From an uncultured delta proteobacterium (lineage in GTDB: Bacteria > Desulfobacterota > Binatia > Binatales > Binataceae): DNA of 64,000 nt. Position 1 is the stretch's first letter. Every line of letters starts with the position of its first letter. Below the pieces are notes generated by a model, which worked only from the letters and a program-made list of their open reading frames with translations, did not search any database and was not told the origin of the DNA. Below are positions 37,321 to 48,626 of this stretch, in pieces. The stretch is taken from assembly GCA_963711565.1 (NCBI GenBank), contig CAVQEQ010000001.1, forward strand, positions 1-64,000. The letters run 5' to 3'. A program made the translations under genes and the position numbers.

Positions 37321-37630
37321 GGCAGTCACCTCGGCGAAATTTTTCTCAGTCGTAATCTTACCGCGAACCACCGCGCATCGCGAAGATTGATTGTAATTTC
37401 AATAAATCTCGGCTACGTTCGCTCCATCTTCCCGAAGGAGGTGCGTTTCATGATGACGAGTAAGCCACTTGCCCCGGAACTCCGCGAAACGCGCCTGCCG
37501 TCTCGCCGCCGCTAACCAGTTCGCGTCATTCCAGATCCGGCAGAGCGTTTCGCGATGCGCAGTTGTGCGCCGTGGACGCGCCTTCGCATTCGTGCGACTT
37601 CGTTCCGCGGCAGGATTAACGCCGAGACAA

Positions 37631-38395
37631 ATGGGAGCGAACAAATTGAACCTTTTCGAATTCTACGCAACGATCGAGCGATATCACACAATCCAGAATC
37701 CAACTTCCGAAGAGAAGCTAGATTTGGCGATGCACTACTGCGGCGTGCGCGACGGAATGCGCATCCTCAACGTCGGATGCGGCAAGGGATGGCTGCTGCG
37801 CCGGCTGGCAAAACAGTTCGACATTCAGGCGACAGGCCTTGAAATCAATCCTGCCTTCGCCGCCGAGGCACGACATCTGACTGCCGCGGAAAATCTCACC
37901 GATAGAATTCATATCGTTGAAGGACCCGCGATCGAGTTTCATCCCGAGCCGGCCAGCTTCGACGTAGTGATGTGCATCGGCGCGTCATTCGCGCTCGGTG
38001 GCTTCGAGCCCGCGCTCGATTGGATGAGCCGCGCGGCGAAGCATGGCGGCGCAATCGCGCTCGGCGAAGTGTTCGCGATAGAACTGCCCTATCCCCCGGA
38101 AGTGCCGCGCGGAGCCCGGGCCAACACCGACTACCCCGACCGGTCGCTGTGGACGACGGTTCAGACGATGCGCGCGCACGGGATGCCGTTGCGCGGGCTC
38201 ATCGAAGCTTCGATCGACGATTGGCACCGCTATCACTCGCTGCATTGGCACGCCGCGATAGACTGGGCGCTCGAGAATCCCGGCCATCCCGACGCGGCGG
38301 TGCTTAGCGATCCCGCCGGAATGCGGCGCAACCTGGAACTCGACGGCCGTTATATGGGCTGGGCAATCTTCGTCGCGCGCAACGGTCTGGATTGA
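37631..38395 (+). CDS. Class I SAM-dependent methyltransferase
   Basis: ILNVGCGKG, FDVVMCIGAS; start uncertain (ATG 37631 or TTG 37646). Confidence 0.85.
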   Translation: MGANKLNLFEFYATIERYHTIQNPTSEEKLDLAMHYCGVRDGMRILNVGCGKGWLLRRLAKQFDIQATGLEINPAFAAEARHLTAAENLTDRIHIVEGPAIEFHPEPASFDVVMCIGASFALGGFEPALDWMSRAAKHGGAIALGEVFAIELPYPPEVPRGARANTDYPDRSLWTTVQTMRAHGMPLRGLIEASIDDWHRYHSLHWHAAIDWALENPGHPDAAVLSDPAGMRRNLELDGRYMGWAIFVARNGLD

Positions 38396-38473
38396 TCATC
38401 GACATGTAACATCGCAAAACTCTTGCGCTTGCCGCCGGTAAATGCAGAAATCGAATCGAGGAAACAAAATTAG

Positions 38474-39049
38474 ATGGGGCCAACAGGCAAAGCAATTTTT
38501 CTCACCAAGGGCGTCGGCAGGCATCGCGAGAAACTCACCTCGTTCGAGCTCGCACTGCGCGACGCGCGGATCGCCGAATTCAATCTCGTGCGCGTCAGTT
38601 CGATTTTTCCTCCCGGCTGCAGAGTCGTCTCGATCCAGGATGGGCTGAAGACGCTGACCCCCGGCCAGATCGTGTACGCCGTCATGTACGACAACTCGAC
38701 CGACGAGCCGCATCGCCTGATGGCCTCCTCGGTCGGCCTCGCGATTCCCGCCGACAAGGATCAGTACGGCTACCTGTCCGAGCACAAGAGTTTCGGGCAG
38801 ACCGACGAGAAGGCGGGCGACTACGCCGAGGATCTCGCCGCCACGATGCTTGCGACGGCGCTCGGCGTGGACTTCGATCCGAACGTCAGCTACGACGAAC
38901 GCAAGGACGTGTGGAAGCTGTCGGATAAAATCGTGCAGACGCGCAACATCACGCAGTCCGCAATCGGCGATCGCGACGGCTTGTGGACGACGGTCGTGAC
39001 AGCAGCGGTGTTCGTGAATCTACCGACGACGGACAAACAGCCTGGATGA
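38474..39049 (+). CDS. pdaD: Pyruvoyl-dependent arginine decarboxylase
   Basis: [25 protein letters not shown] (Ser-Ser self-cleavage site), YGYLSEH. Confidence 0.9.
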   Translation: MGPTGKAIFLTKGVGRHREKLTSFELALRDARIAEFNLVRVSSIFPPGCRVVSIQDGLKTLTPGQIVYAVMYDNSTDEPHRLMASSVGLAIPADKDQYGYLSEHKSFGQTDEKAGDYAEDLAATMLATALGVDFDPNVSYDERKDVWKLSDKIVQTRNITQSAIGDRDGLWTTVVTAAVFVNLPTTDKQPG

Positions 39050-39498
39050 ACCTCAGCGACCTCGAAAAGCGGATCACGGTTCTCGAAGACATCGAGGCGA
39101 TCAAGAAACTCAAGGCCCGTTACTGCGCGATCTGCGACGACAATCACGACCCGGCGAAAATCACGGCGCTGTTTGCACTCGACGGAATCTGGGAGGGCGC
39201 CGGCGTCGGGCGGCATCAGGGGCACGACGCGATTCGCAAACTTTTCCAGGGCTTCCAGGAACAGATCAGCTTCTCGCAGCACAACGTCATGAATCCGATC
39301 ATCAACGTCAACGGCGACCGCGCCACCGGCATCTGGTACTTCATCGGCCCGTTCACGATGCGCAGCGGAAATCGCGCGATGTGGCTTGGGGCGTGCTACG
39401 AAGACGATTACGTCAAGCTGAACGGTGAATGGAAATTTTCGCACCTGCGCGCAATCGGCAGGATGTCGGCGCCGTACGAAAAAGGCTGGGCGAAATAA
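39046..39498 (+). CDS. SnoaL/NTF2-like (BaiE/LinA-like) protein
   Basis: [33 protein letters not shown]; ATGA overlap with pdaD. Confidence 0.88.
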   Translation: MNLSDLEKRITVLEDIEAIKKLKARYCAICDDNHDPAKITALFALDGIWEGAGVGRHQGHDAIRKLFQGFQEQISFSQHNVMNPIINVNGDRATGIWYFIGPFTMRSGNRAMWLGACYEDDYVKLNGEWKFSHLRAIGRMSAPYEKGWAK

Positions 39499-39501
39499 CC
39501 G

Positions 39502-40383
39502 CTACTCCGAACTGAACAACTCGAGCCGCTCGCTCACCACCTTCTTCACAGCCTCGCGCGCGCGCCCCAGGATCTTGTAGGGCGCCACTTCGTTCGGCTC
39601 CGCCGCCAGCCCCGCTTCGACTCCGCGCCGCCATGCGATCCGGATCTCGGTGTTGACGTGAACGATCGTCATGCCGGCCTTGATCGCGCGCCTGAAATCG
39701 TCGTCGTTGGTGCCCGACCCTCCGTGCAAGGTCATGAAGATTTTTGCCGCGGCTTTGATCTCCGCGATGCGCTCGATGTTGAGCCGCTTCTGCACATCGC
39801 CGTGAACCATGCTCGCCAGCATCCCGTGCATGTTGCCGACGGCCGGCGCGAGCACATCGACCTTGGTCGCATCGACGAATTGCCGGGCCTCCTCCGGCGT
39901 CGTCAAGATTCCAACACCCTCCGGAACCTTGTCGATCACGGCGGACGACGCGCCGATCCAGCCGATCTCGCCCTCGACCAGAATCGCTGGGTTGATCGAT
40001 TTGATTGCCTCGATCGCTTTTTTCGTCTGTTTGATATTTTCGTCGAACGGAAGCGCCGAGCCGTCGAAGATGATTTCGTCGAAGCCGGCTTTGGCGGCTT
40101 CCTCGGCGTGGGCGATCGAGTGAGTATGGTCGGCGTTCAGGAAAATCGGATAGTTGTACTCGTCGCGAATTGCCCGCACCAACGCCGCGGCCTGCGGCAC
40201 GCCGGTAAACTCGCGCTCTCCTTCGGACACGCCGACCATCACCGGCAGTTCCTTGTCGCGAGCGGCGGCGACGATTGAGTTGAACCCGACCAGATCCGAA
40301 AAGTTGAAATGGCCGACGGCGACCTTGTTCACTTCGGCCCGCTTGAGGACGTCACGCAGCGACAGCATCAGTTCATTCTCCAT
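39502..40383 (-). CDS. fba: Class II fructose-bisphosphate aldolase
   Basis: NADHTH, VEGEIG, AVGNMHG, LHGGSG. Confidence 0.88.
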   Translation of the reverse strand: MENELMLSLRDVLKRAEVNKVAVGHFNFSDLVGFNSIVAAARDKELPVMVGVSEGEREFTGVPQAAALVRAIRDEYNYPIFLNADHTHSIAHAEEAAKAGFDEIIFDGSALPFDENIKQTKKAIEAIKSINPAILVEGEIGWIGASSAVIDKVPEGVGILTTPEEARQFVDATKVDVLAPAVGNMHGMLASMVHGDVQKRLNIERIAEIKAAAKIFMTLHGGSGTNDDDFRRAIKAGMTIVHVNTEIRIAWRRGVEAGLAAEPNEVAPYKILGRAREAVKKVVSERLELFSSE

Positions 40384-41903
40384 TTGCGGCCGTCGCGTTT
40401 GAGCAAATCTGCGGCGGCTGCCGGTCCCCACGAACCGGCGGCGTAGTTGGGGAAGTCAGCCGCCGGCGTCGCCTTCCATGCGTCCAGGATCGGATCGACG
40501 ACGCGCCATCCCGCGTCCACCGTGTCAGCGCGCTGGAACAGCGCCGGATCGCCGATCATGCAATCGAGCAGCAGCGTCTCGTAGCCAACGGCCGGTGCCG
40601 AGTGAAAGTAATCATCGTACTTGAAGCTCATATCGACGCCGCCCAGCGTGACCACGGGCCCGGGAATCTTGGCGCTGAAGCTGAGCGAGATGCCCTCGTT
40701 CGGTTGAATGTGCAAAATCAGCTCGTTCTGCTCGAGATGCTTGACGCCCGTCTGCCGGAACAGCAGCGCCGGCGGCGCTTTGAACTTGATCGCGATTTCG
40801 GTGAGGCGCTCCGCCATCCGCTTCCCCGTGCGAAGATAGAATGGCACGCCCGACCAGCGCCAGTTGTCGATCGCGAGCTTCATCGCGACGTAAGTCTCGG
40901 TGTTGGACTTGGGATCCACATGCGGCTCCGTGCGATAGCCTACGACCGGCTTGCCGTCCAGCGTGCCGGGCCCGTACTGTCCGCGCACCGCCCATTTCGG
41001 GACGTCCTCGGCTTTGAGCGGGCGGATTGCGCGCAGCACCTTGGTCTTCTCGTCACGCACCGCCTCGGAGTCGAACGAATTCGGCGGCTCCATCGCGGTG
41101 AGCGAGACCAATGCCAGGATGTGATTCGGCACCATGTCGCGCAGCGCGCCGGTCGCTTCGTAGAATGCGCCGCGCTCCTCGACGCCGACAGTTTCCGCCA
41201 CCGTGATTTGCACGTGGTCGATATAGCTATTGTTCCACAGCGGTTCGAAGAAACCGTTACCAAAGCGAAACGCCATGATGTTCTGAACGGTCTCTTTGCC
41301 CAGGTAGTGATCGATTCGATAGGTCTGATTCTCGTGGATGCACGCGGCAATCTCGCTATTGAGCGCATTGGCCGATTCCAAGTCGTGGCCGAACGGCTTT
41401 TCGATGATCACTCGTCGCCAATGACCGTCGGTTTCCTTGGTGAGTTCCGCGCCGGCCAACTGCTTCACGATCTCGCCGAAAAAGCTTGGCGACACCGCCG
41501 TGTAGAACAGGTAATTCCCCGGCGTCCCCTGCGCCTTGTCGATCTTCTCGAGCTCCGACTTGAGCTGCTGATAGGTCGCGGGATCCTTGAAGTCGCCCGC
41601 CATGTAAGAGAGGCGCTGGTCGAAGAATTTCCAGAGCTCGTCGCTGACCTTGGTTGTGGCGAATTGTTTGATCTGGTCGCCGAGCTGCTTGCGGAAATCT
41701 TCGGAACTCATCTGTACGTTGCTCACGCCGACGATCGCGAACTTGTCCGGCAGCAGTTTGTTGGCGTGCAGATTGTACAGCGCCGGCATCAGCAGCCGCT
41801 TGGTCAGGTCGCCGGTCGCGCCGAAGATGACGAACACGCACGGATCGCCAGCATGCCCGTGAGCAGCTTTGTTCGATACGTTCTTTGGTTCCGGGGTCGG
41901 CAT
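40368..41903 (-). CDS. zwf: Glucose-6-phosphate dehydrogenase
   Basis: [27 protein letters not shown]. Confidence 0.97.
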   Translation of the reverse strand: MPTPEPKNVSNKAAHGHAGDPCVFVIFGATGDLTKRLLMPALYNLHANKLLPDKFAIVGVSNVQMSSEDFRKQLGDQIKQFATTKVSDELWKFFDQRLSYMAGDFKDPATYQQLKSELEKIDKAQGTPGNYLFYTAVSPSFFGEIVKQLAGAELTKETDGHWRRVIIEKPFGHDLESANALNSEIAACIHENQTYRIDHYLGKETVQNIMAFRFGNGFFEPLWNNSYIDHVQITVAETVGVEERGAFYEATGALRDMVPNHILALVSLTAMEPPNSFDSEAVRDEKTKVLRAIRPLKAEDVPKWAVRGQYGPGTLDGKPVVGYRTEPHVDPKSNTETYVAMKLAIDNWRWSGVPFYLRTGKRMAERLTEIAIKFKAPPALLFRQTGVKHLEQNELILHIQPNEGISLSFSAKIPGPVVTLGGVDMSFKYDDYFHSAPAVGYETLLLDCMIGDPALFQRADTVDAGWRVVDPILDAWKATPAADFPNYAAGSWGPAAAADLLKRDGRKWRMN

Positions 41904-41915
41904 CGTAAGTACCCG

Positions 41916-42932
41916 CTAGGCTTTCTTTTCCAGGTGTCCGCCGAACTCGTAGCGCATCGCCGACAGGATCTTGTCCGCAAAGTCGGCCGCGCCGCGCGAG
42001 TCGAAGCGTTCGTAGAGCGCAGCGGTGAGCACATGCGCCGGCACGCCTTCGTCGATCGCCGCGTCGATCGTCCATCGACCCTCGCCCGAATCCGATACGC
42101 GCCCGGCAAATTTCTTCAGCTCCGGATCGCCGAGTAGCGAGTCTGCCATCAGGTCCAGCAGCCATGACGCGATCACGCTGCCGCGACGCCAGACCTCGGC
42201 CACGTCGGTGAGATTGAAATCGTACTGGTAGAGCTTGGGGTTGCGCAGCGGCGTCGTCTCCGCATCGACCGTGTGCGTCTGCTTGCCGACGTTGGCGTTT
42301 TTTAGAATGTTCATCCCTTCCGCGTATGCCGCCATGATCCCGTACTCGATTCCGTTGTGAACCATCTTCACAAAGTGGCCGGCGCCGTTCGGTCCGCAAT
42401 GCAGGTAGCCGTGCTCGGCGGTGCTGCCCTTGACCTTCTCACGGCCGGCGGTACGCGGCGCGGAATCGATCGGCGGCGCAAGCGTCGCGAAAATCGAATC
42501 GAGATGCTTAATGACCTGCGGCTCACCGCCGATCATCTGGCAGAAGCCGCGCTCGAGTCCCCAGACGCCGCCGCTGGTGCCCGAATCGACGTAGTGAATC
42601 CCCTTCGCCTGCAAGGTTTCGGCGCGCCGGATGTCGTCGATGTAGTACGAGTTGCCGCCATCGACGATGATGTCGTCGCGCTGGAATCGGCTCGAGAGAT
42701 CTGCGACCGTCTGCTCGACGACCGCGGCCGGTACCATCATCCACGCGACTCGCGGCAGCTTGAGCTTGGCGGCGAAATCGTCGAGTGACGACGCACCGAT
42801 CGCGCCCTCCTTCGCCAATTCCTTGACCGCATCGGCGCTTACATCAAACACCACGCATTCGTGACCACCGCGGATCAGGCGCCGCACCATGTTCGCGCCC
42901 ATTCGGCCAAGACCGACCATTCCCATTTGCAT
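41916..42932 (-). CDS. gnd: 6-phosphogluconate dehydrogenase (decarboxylating, short type)
   Basis: GLGRMG, VDGGNS, SGGVWG, KMVHNGIEYG, DSGEGRW. Confidence 0.95.
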   Translation of the reverse strand: MQMGMVGLGRMGANMVRRLIRGGHECVVFDVSADAVKELAKEGAIGASSLDDFAAKLKLPRVAWMMVPAAVVEQTVADLSSRFQRDDIIVDGGNSYYIDDIRRAETLQAKGIHYVDSGTSGGVWGLERGFCQMIGGEPQVIKHLDSIFATLAPPIDSAPRTAGREKVKGSTAEHGYLHCGPNGAGHFVKMVHNGIEYGIMAAYAEGMNILKNANVGKQTHTVDAETTPLRNPKLYQYDFNLTDVAEVWRRGSVIASWLLDLMADSLLGDPELKKFAGRVSDSGEGRWTIDAAIDEGVPAHVLTAALYERFDSRGAADFADKILSAMRYEFGGHLEKKA

Positions 42933-43028
42933 TTTAGTTCGCTCCTTGTTCAACGGTCCGGTATTGAAACAGTATCGCATCGAGGATGTTTTAGTACCAA
43001 TGAATATTTCACGAACTGGAGGCGCGAA

Positions 43029-44537
43029 TTGAGCGCCGCGAGCTTGATGGTAATGGGCACGGCGTCGGACGTTGGCAAGAGCGTGGTAGTCACCGCACTG
43101 TGCCGGGCGTTCGCGCGTGCCGGCGTCCGCGTCGCACCGTTCAAGTCGCAGAACATGTCGAACAACGCGGCGGTTTGCCCCGGCGGCGGCGAAATCGGAC
43201 GCGCGCAGGCTGTGCAGGCCGAGGCGTGCGGAATCGAACCGAGCCCCGACATGAATCCCGTGCTGCTGAAAACGCAATCCGACATGCGCTGCCAGGTAGT
43301 CATTCGCGGCCGCGCGCGATTTCAGATGGGCGTGAATGACTATGAGCGATATCGAACTGAGGCATGGCCTGAGATAGTCAGTAGCTATAGCAACCTGGCG
43401 CGGAATTTCGATCTGATAGTAATTGAAGGCGCGGGCGGCGCCGCGGAAATCAACCTGCGCGATCGCGACATCGTCAACTGGAAAATCGCCGAGCTGGCCG
43501 ACGCGCCCGTGCTGATCGTCGCCGATATCGACAAGGGCGGCGTCTTCGCCTCAATCGTCGGCACGATCGAGCTGCTCGCGCCGGAGGAACGCCGTCGAGT
43601 CAAGGGCGTCCTGATCAACAAGTTCCGCGGCGATTTGAAGCTGTTCGAGTCTGGCCTTCGCTTTCTCGAAGAGCGCACCGGCATCCCCGTATTGGGAGTA
43701 CTGCCATGGCAGCAGCACCTGGGATTGCCGCAAGAAGACGCCGCCATGTTGGCCGGGATCGCGAGGCCTGCGGCCGACAAGCCACTGACTATTGGAGTGA
43801 TACACATCCCGTGCATCTCTAACTATACGGATTTCGAAGCGCTCGAAGACGAGCCGGATGTTGCTGTGCACTACTTGAGCGATCCCGGCATGGCGCCGCG
43901 CCTCGACGTTCTGATCATTCCGGGCACGAAGGGCACTGTCGCCGATCTGAAATGGCTGCGGCGCACCGGATGGGAGGACTTCCTCGTGCAGCATCGTCGC
44001 GGCGGCGGATGGATAGTCGGAATCTGCGGCGGCTACCAGATGCTCGGTCGCCGCATCGTGGATGCCGTCGGAGTCGAGAGCGACGCACCTGAAACGGTCG
44101 GATTGGGATTGCTCGAAATAGAAACCACCTTTCAGTCCGAGAAAATCACGGATCGAATCCGCGCCACTCATCTCGCGACGAATCTGCCGATCGCCGGTTA
44201 CGAGATTCACTCCGGACGCATCACCGGCATTCCGGAATCCCGCGCGCTGTTTAGATTGACTCACAGAGACACAATCGCCGTGGATGAATTCGAGGGTATC
44301 CGCTCGGACGATGGACGAGTGCTGGGCACATCGATTCACGGCCTGTTCGATAGCCCTGGCTTTCGACGAAACTTTCTCGACGAGATACGGACCGCGAAAG
44401 GACTCACCCCACTCGAATCCGCCGCGCCGGATGACGCCGACGCCAATCGCCGCGCGGCCTTCGATCGAATCGCCGACGCGCTCGAGCAATGCGTGGATAT
44501 GTCGCGGATCGCGGCGTTCGCCGGCATTTCTCTCTAG
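43029..44537 (+). CDS. cobQ: Cobyric acid synthase
   Basis: GTASDVGKS, PFKSQNMSNN, EGAG, ISNYTDF, GICGGYQMLG, IHGLF; TTG start after GGAGG. Confidence 0.95.
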   Translation: MSAASLMVMGTASDVGKSVVVTALCRAFARAGVRVAPFKSQNMSNNAAVCPGGGEIGRAQAVQAEACGIEPSPDMNPVLLKTQSDMRCQVVIRGRARFQMGVNDYERYRTEAWPEIVSSYSNLARNFDLIVIEGAGGAAEINLRDRDIVNWKIAELADAPVLIVADIDKGGVFASIVGTIELLAPEERRRVKGVLINKFRGDLKLFESGLRFLEERTGIPVLGVLPWQQHLGLPQEDAAMLAGIARPAADKPLTIGVIHIPCISNYTDFEALEDEPDVAVHYLSDPGMAPRLDVLIIPGTKGTVADLKWLRRTGWEDFLVQHRRGGGWIVGICGGYQMLGRRIVDAVGVESDAPETVGLGLLEIETTFQSEKITDRIRATHLATNLPIAGYEIHSGRITGIPESRALFRLTHRDTIAVDEFEGIRSDDGRVLGTSIHGLFDSPGFRRNFLDEIRTAKGLTPLESAAPDDADANRRAAFDRIADALEQCVDMSRIAAFAGISL

Positions 44538-44589
44538 TCGGTAATCGTGTGATAGCTTTCGAGTTAACCGATTGGGAGGAACGCTCGCT

Positions 44590-45525
44590 ATGCCCGACAA
44601 TAAAGCCTGGACCGCTGATGACATGCCCGATCTCTCCGGCAAGACGATCGTCGTAACCGGCGGCAACAGCGGCATCGGCTATGAAGCCGCCCTCGCGTTC
44701 GCGCGCAAGCGCGCCGAGGTCATCCTGGCCTGCCGCGACCTCGGCAAGGCTCGCGCCGCCGCCGCGCAGATAGCAGCGTCGGCCTCCGGCGCCAAGGTCA
44801 ACGTGATGGAGCTCGACCTCTCGAACCTGGCGTCGGTGCGCGGCTTCTCCGACGCCTTTCATTTGGAGCATCAGGCGCTGCACGTGCTGTGCAACAACGC
44901 CGGCGTCATGGCGATTCCATATCGGCAAACGGCCGACGGCTTCGAGATGCAGTTCGGCACAAATCACCTCGGGCACTTCGCGTTGACGGGATTGTTGATG
45001 GATCGATTGCTCGCCACCGAGGGCGCGCGCGTCGTCAACGTCGCCAGCGGCGCGCATCGCTTCGGCTCGATGCGTTTCGACGATCTCCAGTGGAAGAACG
45101 GCTACCGCAAGTGGCGCGCATACGGGCAGAGCAAGCTCGCCAACCTGCTCTTCACGCTCGAGCTGCAGCGCAAAGTCGACGCGGCCGGCAAGAAATTATT
45201 ATGCGTCGCATGCCATCCGGGATATGCGGCTACCAATCTGCAGGCCGCCGGACCACGGATGCAAGGATCGACGACGCTCGAATCGCTTTTCTCAGTGGCC
45301 AACAGCGTGTTCGCGCAGAGCGCCGCGATGGGCGCGTTGCCGACCGAGTATGCGGCCGTAGCGCCCGACGTTCACGGTGCCGATTACATCGGTCCCGACG
45401 GCCTCGCCGAGCTGTGGGGACATCCGGTACGGGTCCCACGCAGCGCGGCGGCGCAGGACGGTGCGGCAGCCTCGCGGCTGTGGGAAGTGTCCGAGCAGCT
45501 CACCAACGTGCACTACCCACTATGA
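44590..45525 (+). CDS. SDR oxidoreductase (retinol dehydrogenase-like)
   Basis: TGGNSGIG, NNAGVM, YGQSK. Confidence 0.93.
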   Translation: MPDNKAWTADDMPDLSGKTIVVTGGNSGIGYEAALAFARKRAEVILACRDLGKARAAAAQIAASASGAKVNVMELDLSNLASVRGFSDAFHLEHQALHVLCNNAGVMAIPYRQTADGFEMQFGTNHLGHFALTGLLMDRLLATEGARVVNVASGAHRFGSMRFDDLQWKNGYRKWRAYGQSKLANLLFTLELQRKVDAAGKKLLCVACHPGYAATNLQAAGPRMQGSTTLESLFSVANSVFAQSAAMGALPTEYAAVAPDVHGADYIGPDGLAELWGHPVRVPRSAAAQDGAAASRLWEVSEQLTNVHYPL

Positions 45526-45547
45526 GCGAATGATCGAGCCCTGACGC

Positions 45548-46432
45548 TTACGACGTGCGCGCGATCACGAATTTCCCGATCTTGTCGATCGCCTGCTGCC
45601 CTTCCGGCAGCAACTTCGCAAACACGTGCCAGACATGGGGCATCTCGTCCCAGACCTCGAGTTCGACTTCGACGCCGGCTGCCTTTGCACTCTTCGCCAC
45701 TCGCGTCGAATCATCGAGCAGAATTTCCGCGTCGCCGACCTGGATCAGCATCGGCGGCAGTCCACGAAAGTTCGCATGCACGGGCGACACGAGCGGATCC
45801 TTCGGATCGTGCGCCCCGTAATACTGCTTTGCCGACCCCGCAAGATTCTCCTGCGTCACCATCACGTCTCTCCCAGCTCTCGTCCGCACCGATTCTCCCG
45901 TGCCTTCGAGATCCGTCCAGGGTGAAATAGGAGCGGCGCCGGCTGGCATCGGCAGCTTCGCGTCGCGAATTGCGATCAGCGCCACAATCGCGAGTCCGCC
46001 GCCGGCGGAATCGCCGGAGATCACAATCTTGCCGGGCTTGTAGCCTTGCGCGAGCAGCCATCGGTACGCAGCGAGGGTGTCGTCAACCGCCGCGGGAAAC
46101 GGATGCTCGGGCGCGAGCCGGTAATCAATCGCCAGCGCGCGTGCGTTGGATGCGCGCGCGATTCTAGACACCATCGCGCGATGCGTATTGATCGAACCGA
46201 GCACGTAGCCGCCGCCGTGCAGATAGAGGATGACCCGGTCGGCGGCCGCCCCGGGCGCCGCGATCCATTCCGCGTTGACGCCGCCCGCACTAACTTTTTC
46301 GCAAATCACGTCGGCCGGGACGCGCTCGCTGATCCGCTCCATCCCCGCGCGCCGCTGCTCGAGCGACGCGCTCGGATTCTGCGGCTGCGACTTGATTCGC
46401 TCGATCACCTTGTTCAGTTGCTCGCTTGCCAT
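45548..46432 (-). CDS. Alpha/beta hydrolase (HSL family esterase)
   Basis: HGGGY, GDSAGG, HVW. Confidence 0.93.
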   Translation of the reverse strand: MASEQLNKVIERIKSQPQNPSASLEQRRAGMERISERVPADVICEKVSAGGVNAEWIAAPGAAADRVILYLHGGGYVLGSINTHRAMVSRIARASNARALAIDYRLAPEHPFPAAVDDTLAAYRWLLAQGYKPGKIVISGDSAGGGLAIVALIAIRDAKLPMPAGAAPISPWTDLEGTGESVRTRAGRDVMVTQENLAGSAKQYYGAHDPKDPLVSPVHANFRGLPPMLIQVGDAEILLDDSTRVAKSAKAAGVEVELEVWDEMPHVWHVFAKLLPEGQQAIDKIGKFVIARTS

Positions 46433-46527
46433 GTTCCCTCCGTCTCGATTCGCGGGTCACAGCGACGGCTATATCACGAAATCGAGGGAATGGGTCTGCG
46501 TCGGAAGTCGAAATCGGCGCGGATCGG

Positions 46528-47055
46528 CTAAGGGCAGCCCGGCGTGATCGAGAAGGTTACGTCCTGAAATATTGTCGCGCAGTCTCCGCCAAACTCAACT
46601 GTTCCCGTCAACTCCGTAGCGTCACCCGTGGCGCTTCCGGTGACCTGACACTCCTCGCCCGCGTTGACTACGGTAGCATTGAATTGGAACCCGCTTGAAT
46701 TTACCGAGCCCTTCATCGGACCGCGCGCGAAGGCCGAGTCGGCAGGCCACTCGAAGTCAAACATGCTGTGTTTCACCAGCTTTTTCCGGTTCGAATTCTG
46801 ATCGAAATCGAAAGTGACAGTTCCCGTTCCTTCGAGCGTCGCCTCTATCTCGCCTGACCAGCACCCTTTAATCTTGAGCGGATGCGCTTTGACCTTGTCC
46901 GGCGTTTGTTCCGAATTGTCAACATCGGGTGCGCTCCAGGCGCCTAAGCCTTGATTGTTCTCCGCGGCATCCTGCGAGTACGCGTGAAGCGGGGCACCGA
47001 ACATAAAAAGCGACAGCAGGCCCGCATAGGCTATGACTATAAACGCCTTCGCCAT
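46528..47055 (-). CDS. Secreted hypothetical protein (paralog A)
   Basis: Signal peptide ..AYSQDA; GCWSGEI; four Cys; ends ITPGCP. Confidence 0.75.
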   Translation of the reverse strand: MAKAFIVIAYAGLLSLFMFGAPLHAYSQDAAENNQGLGAWSAPDVDNSEQTPDKVKAHPLKIKGCWSGEIEATLEGTGTVTFDFDQNSNRKKLVKHSMFDFEWPADSAFARGPMKGSVNSSGFQFNATVVNAGEECQVTGSATGDATELTGTVEFGGDCATIFQDVTFSITPGCP

Positions 47056-47110
47056 CTTCGTCTCCGATCTTCCTCTTTTAGCTTGTCATACCATTAATAA
47101 CTGAGCCTAA

Positions 47111-47139
47111 CATCTAGCAATTACGTTTAGCTCTTTCAA
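47111..47139 (-). promoter_or_regulatory. Sigma70-like promoter for paralog A
   Basis: TTGAAA-17bp-TAGATG on minus strand; similar to 47898-47926. Confidence 0.45.
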
Positions 47140-47323
47140 GCCATAGAAGGGCCGGAGGTGCTACCGTCGGCAGCGCCTCGCAATTGGCGACCTATTCCAC
47201 CCTCAGCCTCTTTCGGAGAGATTTGTTGGGCAGGTAATTAACGCCCGAAAAAGCGAGAACCCGCCGCGCAGATCGCACGACGGGCCCTTCAACCATTTTA
47301 TGGGAGTTCTTGCGAGCGTTCTG

Positions 47324-47848
47324 TCAGCAGGGTCCCGGCGAAACCGAAAATCTCACGTTTTTGAAGAACTTACTGCATTTTCCGCCAAACGTAATTTTTC
47401 CAGACAGCTCCGAAGCGTCACCCTTGCCGGTTCCATGGAAGGGACAACCGCTACCAGCCTTGCCGTGGAATTTGATGCCCTTGGAACTCACCGTGCCCTG
47501 TATCGGACTCTCCGCGAAGCTTCCGTCACCCCACTCCAGATCCACGCCGCTGTTATCGTCGCCTACGATCGTCTTTCCGTCCTGCGTGAATCCGAAAAAG
47601 GCGTCGCCTGTACCGTCGGCTTTGTCTGAGACGTCGCCGTCCCAGCAACCCTGGATATCGATCGGAGGCGCCTTGGAGTCAGGACTCGCGGCTTCATCCG
47701 CAGAGTCGGCACCGACTGCACCCCAAGACCCCGTGTCAGGAAGACTGTCGTCCGCATCCTGTGCGTACGCCCGATGTGCGGAACTGAGTACCCCGGTCGA
47801 GAGCAAAGCTGCACAGGCAACTACTGCAAGTGTCTTTGCTATATTCAT
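47324..47848 (-). CDS. Secreted hypothetical protein (paralog B)
   Basis: Signal peptide ..AYAQDA; GCWDGDV; four Cys; ends VSPGPC. Confidence 0.78.
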   Translation of the reverse strand: MNIAKTLAVVACAALLSTGVLSSAHRAYAQDADDSLPDTGSWGAVGADSADEAASPDSKAPPIDIQGCWDGDVSDKADGTGDAFFGFTQDGKTIVGDDNSGVDLEWGDGSFAESPIQGTVSSKGIKFHGKAGSGCPFHGTGKGDASELSGKITFGGKCSKFFKNVRFSVSPGPC

Positions 47849-47897
47849 ATCTAACCCTCCCATTCTAGCTCGCATTAGCGCTAAAGATTGCGCGAAC

Positions 47898-47926
47898 TAT
47901 CTAACCAATGCGTCTAGTTATGTCAA
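47898..47926 (-). promoter_or_regulatory. Sigma70-like promoter for paralog B
   Basis: TTGACA-17bp-TAGATA on minus strand. Confidence 0.55.
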
Positions 47927-48032
47927 GCTTTAGACACCATTGAAATGACTATTACGCTCAAATGTTCCGAATCTTTTGCTACCGAGCATTGCCTGGGACG
48001 TGCCCGTCGCGGGGCGTGCAGCTCGAACAGCC

Positions 48033-48626
48033 CTACTTCAGGGATGTTCCCGTAATCTTGAACATTGTTTTGCTCGTTCCGTCTGTATTGTAAGTGCCAG
48101 AGCACGGGCCAACGGCTCCATCCGCAAAGACATCGGTGTATTCGAGTGTGCAACCGCCACTGAGAAATCCTACCGGGACCTTCCATTCGCTACCACAGTC
48201 TGAGCCAAAGAATGAAAGAGCCTCGGTGTCCTTCGAACCGCTGATATCTATTTCGCCAATTGCAAGGCTGCATCCGGAGTCACCGTCAACTCCGCCAAAG
48301 CCGAAAAAATCATCGAAGCTCTCATAGATTGTCACGCTGCCGCTGCCCGCTGCGCCCTTGGCTTGCCCCGTGTAGGTGTAACAAGTGCAGTCACCGGATA
48401 GACAGTTGTCGGCAAAGCCATCCGCACTTCCTGTGCAGGCTCCGCTGATACCCGCAAAACCTGTCTCGGCGATGGTCAGGGTGATGTCGTACTTCTGAGG
48501 CTTCAGTGATTTGGTTTTATCCGGTGTAGCCTCCTGATGCAGTTTCGATCCGTTCCAAGCCCAAGTTGGCGCCGCGCAAAACACGGCGGCGGCAAGCATT
48601 GCCCCCATAGCAAATCTGAATTTCAT
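48033..48626 (-). CDS. Secreted Cys-rich hypothetical protein
   Basis: Signal peptide ..APTWA; eight Cys in the Gly/Ser/Thr-rich mature region; GGAGG RBS. Confidence 0.75.
   Translation of the reverse strand: MKFRFAMGAMLAAAVFCAAPTWAWNGSKLHQEATPDKTKSLKPQKYDITLTIAETGFAGISGACTGSADGFADNCLSGDCTCYTYTGQAKGAAGSGSVTIYESFDDFFGFGGVDGDSGCSLAIGEIDISGSKDTEALSFFGSDCGSEWKVPVGFLSGGCTLEYTDVFADGAVGPCSGTYNTDGTSKTMFKITGTSLK

Noticed and set aside
42933-43028. Cobalamin riboswitch upstream of cobQ
   Set aside because: Intergenic region is under 100 bp and has no B12-box
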